In this document: positions 30,759-40,206 of the stretch, in pieces
Layout: every line of letters begins with the position of its first letter
Position numbering within the stretch: the stretch's first letter is position 1
Assembly: GCA_913041495.1 (NCBI GenBank)
Contig: CAJWHT010000005.1
Location: 332 to 64,331, forward strand
Length of the DNA stretch: 64,000 nt
Reading direction: 5' to 3'
DNA from: an uncultured Desulfobacteraceae bacterium
GTDB taxonomy: Bacteria; Desulfobacterota; Desulfobacteria; Desulfobacterales; Desulfobacteraceae
Translations under genes and position numbers: made by a program
The notes under the pieces: generated by a model
Databases searched by the model: none
The model's input: the letters and a program-made list of their open reading frames with translations, nothing else
What the model was told of the DNA's origin: nothing

Positions 30759-31004
30759 TCAGGCAAGCAAGGCATCCGGTCCGGTTTCCTCATCGGGCAG
30801 GGCAACGGCCAGGTTGTTTTCCACATGACTGCCGACGGCATCTTTCACCAGGGCATCCACAGCGGCACGCTTCCAGTGGGCGTCAACCGTTCCATCGAGA
30901 ATTACGGCATCGTTTTCTACCCGGATACGGGGATTGAAGACAAAAATACGTGGGTCACTTTCCAGCGCAGCCAGTGCTTTCCAAATAATGGTGTTCGTAT
31001 CCAT
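30759..31004 (-). CDS. single-BON-domain protein
   Basis: 81 aa. IRVENDAVILDGTVDAHWKRAAVDALVKDAVGSHVENNL fits the BON pattern. Confidence 0.7.
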   Translation of the reverse strand: MDTNTIIWKALAALESDPRIFVFNPRIRVENDAVILDGTVDAHWKRAAVDALVKDAVGSHVENNLAVALPDEETGPDALLA

Positions 31005-31039
31005 TGCGGTTTTTACCTCTTTTATTTTGCATTGAAATT

Positions 31040-31609
31040 TCAGAGCAGCCGGTAGGGCTGGGCCTTTAAGGACCAGATGCTTTGGGGATACCGGGAGGTC
31101 AAACCGGTATAGGCCTTTTTCAGCGCCTCGGGTTCATGGGTATCGTTAAACAGCGCCACGCAACTCAGGTACATCGCTTCAGGTGCCCAGTGGCTGTCCG
31201 GGTAATCGTTCACAACAATGTTCATGAGGTTTGTGGCTTTGTTCATATTTCCTTTTTGGAATTCCAGCCTGCCGTTGCCAAGCAGTATCCAGGGCGCCAG
31301 CTCCAATGGCGGCAGAAACCCCATGGAGTCTGCCAGAAGTTTCCCGCTGGGTTCCGCAAGGAACAACTGGGGGGTCCATTTTACATCCCGGTCAACATTG
31401 TCCAGTACCGTGTCGTGGCCCACCTTTAGCGGTATGCTGTACTTGTTTACGACTTCAACCACTTTTTTGTCGGGATACGTAACTGTATCCATCTGCTGGC
31501 AGCCGATTCATTCCGGATTGAAAAAATCGATGAAAATCGGTTTCTCATCAGCCGCGGCCTTTGCAAAGGCCTGTTCTTTGTTCTCTGTCCAGTGTATTGA
31601 GGATGTCAT
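31040..31609 (-). CDS. thioredoxin-fold (Thioredoxin_7/DUF255-like) protein with predicted selenocysteine: U-I-G-C redox motif (TGA at 31510-31508)
   Basis: My own translation from the ATG at 31609 (SD AAGGAGA) gives MTSSIHWTENKEQAFAKAAADEKPIFIDFFNPE-TGA-IGCQQMDTV..., in frame with the 150-aa ORF-track ORF that starts at 31492. The TGA occupies the first-Cys position of the family pattern vlvdF.a.WC..C..m. Confidence 0.65.
31473..31490 (-). promoter_or_regulatory. candidate bacterial SECIS-like hairpin
   Basis: GGAUAC-AGUUAC-GUAUCC (6-bp stem, 6-nt loop containing GUU) begins about 20 nt 3' of the in-frame UGA. Confidence 0.35.
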
Positions 31610-31839
31610 GATTTCTCCTTTTGGTTTCTTCTTGTCGTTGTCTGGTTAATCCTGGATTCCGATACCCCCCGATTGGCGGGGCGGCAGTTTATCATTAGGG
31701 TTAAAAATGAAAGTGCATTGGCCAGTTCACTGTCTTCCGGATAGATGCCGTCACCCGTATGGTGTGCTGAAAGTCTTTCCCGGGGGGATGACAGCACCTC
31801 ATCCAATTTGTTCCCTGAAGGGCGGTGTTGTTTTTCCAT
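31606..31839 (-). CDS. hypothetical small protein, translationally coupled to the Sec-thioredoxin-like gene
   Basis: The ORF stop TGA overlaps the downstream ATG (TCATGA). GGGAGAA lies upstream of the ATG at 31839. No recognisable family. Confidence 0.35.
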   Translation of the reverse strand: MEKQHRPSGNKLDEVLSSPRERLSAHHTGDGIYPEDSELANALSFLTLMINCRPANRGVSESRINQTTTRRNQKEKS

Positions 31840-32163
31840 GGGCGTTCTCCCGTGTTGTTGGTGGGGGGCCATTTAAAATTGCATCATAACCCTGGCTCCC
31901 TATTGGATCTATGGGTGGATTCCTGTATATGCCCACCTGTCACCCTGTATTGAACCGGCCTGAATCTGCTCTTTTGGAAGTTGGAATTACAGGGTTTAGA
32001 CCATTTAGCTGTTTCGGCAGATATGTTTTCATAGATAACAGTACCTTGCCTGGTTCTTTTCGGGATGTTCCATATTACTGAGGTGAGGTGAACCAGAAAA
32101 TACCTTGGGATTCCTGCAGGCCTGCCGGTCTGAATCGAACCCGGGGGAAGGGATTATGTCACA

Positions 32164-32397
32164 ATGGTTGTTCATACATCAGTTTGCCACATCGCCGCCG
32201 ATACGGGGCCGGATCCCCTGCCGGAAGTTCCGGTGCCCGGTAAACCCCCTTTAAAGGATCCGCCGGTAAAAGAACCGCCCCAGCCGCCGTCACCGGATGA
32301 AGCACCCCCCAGGAAAGATCCTCCGCCGGTCAAGCCGCCCTTGAAGGATCCTCCGGTCAAGGACCCGCCAGTCAAGGATCCGCCGGTTCGGTTTTGA
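32164..32397. repeat. degenerate 15-nt tandem repeat, coding-capable on both strands (KDPPV-type Pro-rich on plus, GGSF/GGL Gly-rich on minus)
   Basis: Plus frame reads PLKDPPVKEPP...PPVKPPLKDPPVKDPPVKDPPV. Minus frame reads GGSLTGGSFKGGLTGGGSFLGG...GGSFTGGSFKGGLPG. The strand is not resolved. Confidence 0.4.
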
Positions 32398-32431
32398 ACC
32401 GGAACCTGCTGTGCTAGGTAAGTTAATGGCG

Positions 32432-32938
32432 CTAAGCAGTATTGTCCGGGGTGGTGATTTTTGACAAGGCCGCCTTGAGGGCTGCTTCATTCCGGTGACT
32501 CAACGAGGTCTGCAGCACTTTGCCGTTATAGGGTGTTAGTTCTTCGAGCACCTTGTCCGAGGTGGCCTTCCGGATAAGAATGAAAAGGGCAGAGGTCCGG
32601 GGCTGAAGGGTTTTTGACAGCTCTTTCATGAATTCATCGCTGATGCCTATGTCGGCCAGGGTGCCGGTGATCGCACCGGCGGCAGCCCCGACAGCCGCTC
32701 CCAACACAGGACTGAAAAAAATCAAACCGATCAGCAACCCCCAGAAACTGCCGGAAATCGCACCTGTGGCAGTTAGGTTATGGATTTGGTTCAGCCTCAC
32801 CTTCCCATCCGCTTTCTTGACCGCCACCACGGCATCTTCAACATCCACCAGGTAATCCCGCTGTAGTTTCATCAGTTTGGTTCTGACTTCTTCTGCGGTG
32901 AATTCGTCCTCAAATGCTATGACAACAAGATCACTCAT
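32432..32938 (-). CDS. DUF1269 membrane protein (general-stress-protein-like)
   Basis: MSDLVVIAFEDEFTAEEVRTKL...DAVVAVKKADGKVRL, then a Gly-zipper TM region GAISGSFWGLLIGLIF...GAAVGAAAGAITG. SD AAAGGAGA. Confidence 0.8.
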   Translation of the reverse strand: MSDLVVIAFEDEFTAEEVRTKLMKLQRDYLVDVEDAVVAVKKADGKVRLNQIHNLTATGAISGSFWGLLIGLIFFSPVLGAAVGAAAGAITGTLADIGISDEFMKELSKTLQPRTSALFILIRKATSDKVLEELTPYNGKVLQTSLSHRNEAALKAALSKITTPDNTA

Positions 32939-33168
32939 TGGTGTCTCCTTTTTGGCTTTTTGTTGACGATTATGCACCAGCATACCTCCGCGAGCAGCTA
33001 GAAGGATATACATAAGCTTCACCATTTTGGCTTGCGCAATCCTGTAGTGGCAGCGCCACAATATCTTGCCGGGAAACCGAGAGGGTGCATGAAACCGGAA
33101 GTTTGAACAAAAATCTTCCGGCAGGAGGATGGACAGGGAAGGGACAACGCGCAGGGTATTGATGGAGA

Positions 33169-36100
33169 TCATTTGTCTCCACTATTCCGGATAGTGGCCA
33201 TAAGATCATTAAAATGACCGTTTTTGTTGAAAAAGGCAAAGGCTCCGCTGTCTGACACTTCCCGGGACATATCCTCGTGTTCGTACATGGTCAGCAGAAT
33301 AACCCGTATATCGGGGAACGCCTCTGTAATCTGCCGGGTGGCCGCCAGGCCGTCCATCACGGGCATGGAAATATCCATGAGGATAACGTCGGGCTGATCC
33401 CGGACCGCCATCTCAACGGCCTGGGCTCCGTTCGAAGCCACGGCGGTCATACGGATGTCCGGCTGTTGGGCCAGTACGTTGGACAGGGCGTCCCGCATCA
33501 CGGCATGGTCGTCCGCCAGCATGACCCGGATCTCTTCACCCGGTTTAGCGCCTGAGGCTGAATCCGGCTGAACGGCTTCGGGCACCGGCGGGGACGGTAC
33601 GGCATCCGGTGTTATGTGATGGTTTTCGTCGCTGTAGTGTTCCGTGGCAAGCGGGGATGTCAGTGAAATTCGGGTGCCTTTTTCCGGTGCACTGTCAATC
33701 TCGAACCTGCCCCCCAGCAGTTGAATCCGTTCCCGGATGTTAAAAAGCCCGAATCCGCTTAGGTGTTTTTTTTCATCCAGTGCAAGATCCGACGGATCAA
33801 ACCCGTTCCCCCCGTCGCTGACAACGATGGAAAGCCGGGATTCGTCAGCAGTCACAAAGACGGATGCTTCCGTGACACCGGAATGCTTCACCGCATTGAA
33901 CAAAAGCTCCCGGACGGATTCGTAAAGCAGGATGTTCAAGGATTCCTGTTTTACTTCAATGTGCTCGTCCGCTGTGAGGGTGACCTCAAACCCGTGCCGC
34001 GATTTCATCTGCCGGATCAGCCACCGAAGGGCGCTGACCAGTCCCTTGGCATGGAGAATGGTGGGGGACAGTTCCGTGGCCAGGCTTCTGGAGGCGTTTA
34101 TGGCTTCTGCCGTCATTTCAAGGGCAGCGGTAATCTCTTTTTGCCCCCCGGCCATACCTTCTTTGCGCTGCAGGGTTTCCAGCCTAAGTTTGGTTCCCAC
34201 CAAGAGCTGCTGGATATGGTCGTGGAGCAGGGCAGCCAGGCGGCGGCGTTCCCGCTGTTCCGACAGGGTAAGCTGGCCGGTGAGCCGGACCAGTTCTTCA
34301 CTTCGCCGCCGCATCCCCGCTTCCAGTTTTTTGAGCCGGGTCATATCCTTGGCAATGGTGGCAATGGCTTCGGGCTGTCCGGTGCTGTCCTTTATGGTAA
34401 ATGCGGTGAGTAGCGAGGGGATGGTCTGGCCGGATCTGTTTTGCCGGACCGCTTCAAGATCGTGAACCATCTCCCCGTCAATGCAGCGCCTGCGCAGTTT
34501 TCTTTCAAAGGCCTGCTGTTTTTCAGGCACCAGCCGGAACACGGACGTACCGGTAAGTTCATCCACGGCGTACCCATATGCGGTTGCGGCCGCATAGTTG
34601 ACCTCGGTCATCAGGCCTTCCAGATCCTCAATGATGATGGGATCGGTGGCATCCATAAAGACACGGGACAGCTTTTTCACCTCGTCTTCGGCCTGCTGGC
34701 GGGTTTCCGCTTCCAGTTCAAGGGCCTTAACCGTGGATTCCAGTTCCGCGGTCCGTTTTCGAACCTGTTTTTCAAGGCTCTCTCCGTGGTTGGCCAGCAG
34801 CGTTTCCATCTGTTTGCGCTCCGTGATGTCCTGGACCACCACGTTGACGGCGGCAATTTCTCCGTCCCGGTCCGTGATGGGCATCCACTGCTCGATCCAG
34901 GTCCGTTCCATATCGGGATATGCCGGGGTTTTACCGGTTATTTCCATGTCCCAGACCGGCTCCCCGGTCTTACGGATCGTTTCCAAAATATCCTCAACCT
35001 GGTCCGCCAGGTCCGGCACAATTTCGCTGATATGACGGCCGATATGGTCCGGTATGGGTATCCCGTTGATATCGGCCATGGTCTGGTTGATCCGCAGGAA
35101 CTTAAGTTCTTTGTCGATCATGCACAGGCCGATGGGGGCGCTGGTGTAGATGGCTTCCAATTCGGAAAGGTTCCGGCGGGCCGCCTCCTGGCTTGCCTTA
35201 AGGTCGGCTTCGAATTTTTTACGCTGGGTTTCATCCCGGCAGATTATCCCAAGACGCCCTGCTTCAAGGTGGTATACCGACAGGAGAAGGTCTTTTTCCA
35301 GCCGGGAAAAATGGGTGGAAAAAATGTTGGGTCTGCTGCCTTTGGATATATTTTCCAGCTGTGTTAGCATCTGTTTTTTGGCAAGCTCGGGCAGACCGAC
35401 AATACTGGCCCTCAGGGGGAGATCCCTGGCGTCTATGGAGAGCATGGTCTCCATGGCGGCATTCACCTGCTGGATCATCACGTCGGTGGGGCGGCTGCCC
35501 GGCCCGTGCTCCAGTTCGCAGACCAGAAGCGCCTCGTTCATGTTGTCCACCAGGAGCCGGTAGCGCTGTTCGCTGGCTTCAAGGTCGCTGAGTGTGGCGG
35601 TGAGTTCGTCGGATTTGACCCGCATCTCCTGGTTCACGGTATTGAGTTCTTCGTTGGAAGCCTGAAGTTCTTCGTTGCTGGTTTCCAGTTCTTCATTGGA
35701 GGCCTGGAGCTCCTCGTTGGCGGACTGGAGTTCTTCGTTGAGGGACTGGAGTTCTTCACCACTGGTTTCAAGTTCCTCCAGGGTGTCCTGGAGATGCTCC
35801 CGGGTCACCTCAAGTTCCTGTTCCAGTTCCGCGATCCTTGAATCGCTCCGGTCGCTGTCGGATTCATCAGGGGACAGGGGGGGATCCGGAAGCTCAATCC
35901 GGTCGAAAATCGTCAGAAAATAGGTCTGGCCGGCGGTTTCTTTTACCTGCCCCACCTTCAGCCGTACGGCCCTGTTGCCGTCCTGGCCCTCCATTTTGAT
36001 TTCCTGGCTGGTGAGGACGCGGTCTTCCTTGCTTGCCCGGTGCAGCAGGCTCTGGAGGATGTACCGGAACTCCTGGCGGGCCATGGATACGGCGTTGAGG

Positions 36101-37767
36101 GTGTCTTTTACCGAGCCTTCGGGCAGCTTGAGGTAATCCCCCACATCCCCCCGGATATAAAGGATGTTGCCCTGGGCATCGGTCATGACAGCGCTGCAGT
36201 CCAGGACCTGGAGCAGGGAACTTGCAAACTCCCGCTCTTTCCACAGTTCGGTTTTTTCAAGGCTCTGGGGGGAACCGGTCATCCGGGCAAGCTGATGTGA
36301 CTGGTGACGCTGGACCAACTGGGGCATCCGGTGGCTCAAGGTTTCCCTGCGTTCGTAGATCTTCCACTTGGTGTGAACCGCTGAAAAAAGTTCGGTCTTC
36401 TGATTCACGGACTCTGATTTTCCCAGGAAGAGCAGTCCCCCCGGGTCCAGGCTGTAGTGAAAGAGGGACAGGATCTTGTTTTGCAGTTCGGGATTCAGGT
36501 AGATGAGCAGGTTCCGGCAGGATATCAGGTCCAGGTGGAGAAAGGGGGTGTTCTTGAGCAGGTCCTGGCGGGCCAGCACCACCAGGTCCCGGACCGGTTT
36601 GTTAACCGAGACCGTGTTGTCCGTGTGGGTGAAATACCGCTCAAACCGCCGGTTGTCCGTATCCATGACCGTGGCTAGGGGATAGGTGCATTTCCGGGCG
36701 AACTGGATGGAGTCCTCGTCAATGTCCGTGGCAAAAATCTGGATCCGGTACTTGTCGATTTGATCGCCCAGGATATCAAACAGGAGCATGGACATGGAAT
36801 AGGCCTCTTCGCCGGTGGCGCAGGCCGGAACCCATATGCGGATACTGTCTCCGGGGTGCTTTTCCTTAAGCTTTTTACGCAGGGCCACGGTCAGGGCCTC
36901 GAAGGCTTTGGTATCCCTGAAAAAGCTGGTGACCGAAATCAGCAGGTCCTTGTAAAGCTTGTCCAGCTCATCCGGGTTTGCTTTGACGAATTTCAGATAG
37001 TCGTAGAGGGTGGACAGCTTGTGCAGCACCATGCGGCGGCTGATGCGGCGGTATATGGTGCTGGATTTGTAGTCTGAGAAATCCACCTTGAGCCGTTTGT
37101 TCAGCAGGCTTAAGATCATGCGGATCTCATCCAGGTGCCGGTCGTGTTCCGGCTCCTGTGCAATGAGGGAGGGGTATTTGAGGGCGGATTCCAGTTCATG
37201 CCCGATTTTTTCCGGCGGCAGCACCAGGTCCACACAGTCCGTTTCCATGGCAGCCCTTGGCATGCCGTCGAATTTGGCCGTGTCCAGGGATTGGACAATG
37301 GTGATCCCGTCGTTGGATTTGATGGCCCGGATCCCGTGGGCCCCGTCGGTGCCGGTGCCCGAAAGTATGATGCCCACGGCATTGTGGCCTTTTTCTTCGG
37401 CCAGGGAGGTGAAAAAAAGGTCGATGGAGGGTTTGGGGCCGATGGACGCGGCCTGGCTCAGTTCCAGGCGGCCGCCGGCCAGTTTGACGTCTTTGCTGGG
37501 GGGGGTGATGTAAAGGGTATCTGGTCTGACCCGGGTGCCGTCCTTGATGATTTCGATTTTAAGCCGGGTGTGTTTGGTCAGAAGGCTGTCCAGCATGCTC
37601 CGGTACCGGGGGGCCAAGTGCTGGGCAATCACGTAGGCAATGCCTTCTTTTACCGGCAGGCCCGGCAGGATTCTCTGGAGGGCGTCCAGTCCGCCGGCTG
37701 AGGCGCCGATGCCCACAACAACTGCTTCATTGCTGTTTTTTTTGTCTGAATCTGCGGGTGTGTTCAT
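33169..37767 (-). CDS. CheB methylesterase - CheR methyltransferase - PAS - coiled coil - PAS/PAC - HisKA_3 - HATPase_c - receiver multidomain sensor kinase
   Basis: 1532 aa. VVVGIGASAGGLDAL (CheB), IWVPACATGEEAYS (CheR SAM site), EELQSLNEELQSANEELQASNEEL coiled coil, RRLAALLHDHIQQLLVG H-box, NAVKHSG N-box, and a C-terminal RVMLADDH...DVILMDISMPVMDG receiver. Confidence 0.92.
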   Translation of the reverse strand: MNTPADSDKKNSNEAVVVGIGASAGGLDALQRILPGLPVKEGIAYVIAQHLAPRYRSMLDSLLTKHTRLKIEIIKDGTRVRPDTLYITPPSKDVKLAGGRLELSQAASIGPKPSIDLFFTSLAEEKGHNAVGIILSGTGTDGAHGIRAIKSNDGITIVQSLDTAKFDGMPRAAMETDCVDLVLPPEKIGHELESALKYPSLIAQEPEHDRHLDEIRMILSLLNKRLKVDFSDYKSSTIYRRISRRMVLHKLSTLYDYLKFVKANPDELDKLYKDLLISVTSFFRDTKAFEALTVALRKKLKEKHPGDSIRIWVPACATGEEAYSMSMLLFDILGDQIDKYRIQIFATDIDEDSIQFARKCTYPLATVMDTDNRRFERYFTHTDNTVSVNKPVRDLVVLARQDLLKNTPFLHLDLISCRNLLIYLNPELQNKILSLFHYSLDPGGLLFLGKSESVNQKTELFSAVHTKWKIYERRETLSHRMPQLVQRHQSHQLARMTGSPQSLEKTELWKEREFASSLLQVLDCSAVMTDAQGNILYIRGDVGDYLKLPEGSVKDTLNAVSMARQEFRYILQSLLHRASKEDRVLTSQEIKMEGQDGNRAVRLKVGQVKETAGQTYFLTIFDRIELPDPPLSPDESDSDRSDSRIAELEQELEVTREHLQDTLEELETSGEELQSLNEELQSANEELQASNEELETSNEELQASNEELNTVNQEMRVKSDELTATLSDLEASEQRYRLLVDNMNEALLVCELEHGPGSRPTDVMIQQVNAAMETMLSIDARDLPLRASIVGLPELAKKQMLTQLENISKGSRPNIFSTHFSRLEKDLLLSVYHLEAGRLGIICRDETQRKKFEADLKASQEAARRNLSELEAIYTSAPIGLCMIDKELKFLRINQTMADINGIPIPDHIGRHISEIVPDLADQVEDILETIRKTGEPVWDMEITGKTPAYPDMERTWIEQWMPITDRDGEIAAVNVVVQDITERKQMETLLANHGESLEKQVRKRTAELESTVKALELEAETRQQAEDEVKKLSRVFMDATDPIIIEDLEGLMTEVNYAAATAYGYAVDELTGTSVFRLVPEKQQAFERKLRRRCIDGEMVHDLEAVRQNRSGQTIPSLLTAFTIKDSTGQPEAIATIAKDMTRLKKLEAGMRRRSEELVRLTGQLTLSEQRERRRLAALLHDHIQQLLVGTKLRLETLQRKEGMAGGQKEITAALEMTAEAINASRSLATELSPTILHAKGLVSALRWLIRQMKSRHGFEVTLTADEHIEVKQESLNILLYESVRELLFNAVKHSGVTEASVFVTADESRLSIVVSDGGNGFDPSDLALDEKKHLSGFGLFNIRERIQLLGGRFEIDSAPEKGTRISLTSPLATEHYSDENHHITPDAVPSPPVPEAVQPDSASGAKPGEEIRVMLADDHAVMRDALSNVLAQQPDIRMTAVASNGAQAVEMAVRDQPDVILMDISMPVMDGLAATRQITEAFPDIRVILLTMYEHEDMSREVSDSGAFAFFNKNGHFNDLMATIRNSGDK

Positions 37768-38099
37768 AGACGGAAATCCTTTGAGCAGCCCCGGCCAAGG
37801 TGCACGGGCGGTTCATTTATCGATTTGCTGGATATGTATTCTCTTATACACGATCGGGCTTGGGATCACAAACTTGCAAGAAAAACAGCCGCCACCCAGG
37901 AGGGTATGGGGGATTGAAAAAAAGAAAATACAGGGGTTGCCGGATACGCCGGCAAGCGCATCACGGGTAGAATCCGGTATAAATGGTCACAAGTAACATC
38001 TAATTTGAGGATATTACCAATGATACCACCAAAGACGGTAATCCCGGCAAGGTCCTACGACGGCGGTTACCCGATTAAAGTCTTACACAGGAGGTACCC

Positions 38100-39632
38100 A
38101 TGATAACCCATAGAAACCATACCGTTATACTCACCGTCATCCTTATATTTTTGTTTTCCGGAACGGCTTTAACCGCCCCCCGGATGAACGACGATACCAT
38201 CACGGCGGCTGTGGAGGAAGAACTGCTTCACGATCCTGTGGTGGAGGCCTTCCGCATCGCAGTGGGCTGCAGGGACGGCGTGGTGGAACTGACCGGGGTT
38301 GCAGAAAACATACTGGCAAAAGAACGGTCGCTGAACATCGCTGAAACCGTAAAAGGGGTCCGGTCCGTGGTCAACCGGATCCGGGTTGTGCCTGCAGGCA
38401 CCCGAAGCGATACCATAATCCGCAGGGATGTGATTCAGGCCTTGGCCGGAGATCCTGCCGTAGAGTCCTATGATATCGCCGTGAGCGTTGTGGACCGGGA
38501 AGTGACCCTCCGGGGCCAAACAGACTCGTTCAGGGAAAAGGAACTGGCCGGTACCGTGGCCAAATCCGTGGCAGGGGTCGAGGCCCTGGACAACCAGATC
38601 AACCTGGTCTACCCGGATGACCGCAGGGACAAAGATATTCTTGCGGATATCCTGGCAGGATTGAAGTGGGATCTTTTGGTGGACCACGCACTTATCGGTG
38701 TAAAGGTCAATGACGGACAGGTAACGCTCTCCGGGACGGTGGGCAGTGCCGCAGAAAAAACCAGGGCCAATGCCGTGGCCTGGGTAACGGGTGTCAAGGC
38801 CATTGATGACGGTCAGCTTCATGTTGCCCGCTGGGCCAGGGATCCGGATTTACGGCAGGGCAAGTATGTCTCTAAAACAGACGAAGAGATCCGGCAGGCC
38901 GTTATCGCGGCATTGAAGACGGACCCCCGGGTGTCCATGGAAAATGTTTTGGTTACGGTGGCTGACGGTACCGTGACGCTCAGGGGCACGGTGGATACCC
39001 TCAGGGCCCGCCGGGCGGCGGCCGGTGATACCGTCAACACCGTGGGCGTTTACCGGTATAAGAATCACCTGAAAGTCGGGGAACCGGAACCCGGTCCCAG
39101 CGACAGTGAACTTGAACAGCGTATCGAAGCGGCACTGGAACGGGATGCCTATGTAGACGGGTATGAGGTGCATGTCGATGTCCGATCCGGTGTGGCCGCC
39201 CTCTACGGCAGGGTGGATACGGGGTTCGAAAAGATTCGGGCCGAAGATGTGGCCGGTACCCTGCCCGGTATTTTTGCAGTGGAAAACAACATCCTGGTGA
39301 GCAAAGGATGGTATCCCCATTATTACAACCCCTATGTAGATGTCACCGAACTGGAAACTTACACCTGGTACGAATACGGGCGTGCCCCCCGTACTACCCT
39401 GAAAAGCGACCGGGAAATTAAGCGAAGCATTGAAGAAGAACTGTGGTGGAGTCCCTTTGTATCTTCTGACCGGATCGATGTCCGTGTGGACGGGGGAAAG
39501 GCTATTCTCAAAGGTGAGGTCACCTCAAAAACCGAATATGATGCCGCAACGGAAAACGCCTGGGAAGGCGGGGCAACCGCGGTGGACAACGATCTTGTGA
39601 TCTTAGGCCTGCTTCATCCCAAAAAGAACTGA
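38100..39632 (+). CDS. multi-BON-domain protein, paralog of 14338-15879
   Basis: 510 aa, colinear with the other BON protein. Shared blocks: IAETVKGVR.VVNRI, ARWARDPDLR, NTVGV.R.KNHLKV, WSPFV, DAAT.NA..GGA. Strong SD (AGGAGG). Confidence 0.85.
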   Translation: MITHRNHTVILTVILIFLFSGTALTAPRMNDDTITAAVEEELLHDPVVEAFRIAVGCRDGVVELTGVAENILAKERSLNIAETVKGVRSVVNRIRVVPAGTRSDTIIRRDVIQALAGDPAVESYDIAVSVVDREVTLRGQTDSFREKELAGTVAKSVAGVEALDNQINLVYPDDRRDKDILADILAGLKWDLLVDHALIGVKVNDGQVTLSGTVGSAAEKTRANAVAWVTGVKAIDDGQLHVARWARDPDLRQGKYVSKTDEEIRQAVIAALKTDPRVSMENVLVTVADGTVTLRGTVDTLRARRAAAGDTVNTVGVYRYKNHLKVGEPEPGPSDSELEQRIEAALERDAYVDGYEVHVDVRSGVAALYGRVDTGFEKIRAEDVAGTLPGIFAVENNILVSKGWYPHYYNPYVDVTELETYTWYEYGRAPRTTLKSDREIKRSIEEELWWSPFVSSDRIDVRVDGGKAILKGEVTSKTEYDAATENAWEGGATAVDNDLVILGLLHPKKN

Positions 39633-39654
39633 CCCCAAAAAAAGGAGACACCCA

Positions 39655-39912
39655 ATGAACAAAGAGAACCAATCAATGGACAAGGATCAATTGTGCAAAA
39701 AAATTCAGGAAATTTATCCGGATATCGGTGAATGCGGCATTGATGTGGATGTGGCATTTGACGAAACCAACAACCGCTGGCGGGTGGGGCTGAAAAGAGG
39801 CAGCAAAAGCCTTTCCACCTTTCTGGAACCCGGGGACGCAAAGCTGTGCATGTCCGGACAGCAGTGCGTGAGCCTGGGATTGGAGATCCGGCAGTTAAAG
39901 GACAATATTTAA
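39655..39912 (+). CDS. hypothetical small protein
   Basis: 85 aa with SD AAAGGAGA, 22 nt after the BON gene stop. Confidence 0.55.
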   Translation: MNKENQSMDKDQLCKKIQEIYPDIGECGIDVDVAFDETNNRWRVGLKRGSKSLSTFLEPGDAKLCMSGQQCVSLGLEIRQLKDNI

Positions 39913-39927
39913 AGGAGTTTCCCCGAG

Positions 39928-40206
39928 ATGAACAGACAGGAATTTGAAAGCTATATGAACAACTGGCTGAAAACATGGGGGCAGACCATTCATGACATCG
40001 AAACCCAGAACGGCGGGGCCCCGTCCGAAGTGTACAAGGCCAAGCTGGATGAAATGAAGATCGTCCTCCACGATATGCGAACAAAGGTGGAAGATCTGCA
40101 GAACAGCAAGGACGACAAGTCCTGGAGCGACATGAAAGTCCGGGTGGAAGATATGGTCGGGCCCATAGAGGAGTCGTTCAAGGAGAGTCTGGCTTACTTT
40201 CATTAA
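39928..40206 (+). CDS. hypothetical small helical protein
   Basis: 92 aa with SD AAAGGAG. Its stop codon is the first triplet of repeat copy A. Confidence 0.55.
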   Translation: MNRQEFESYMNNWLKTWGQTIHDIETQNGGAPSEVYKAKLDEMKIVLHDMRTKVEDLQNSKDDKSWSDMKVRVEDMVGPIEESFKESLAYFH

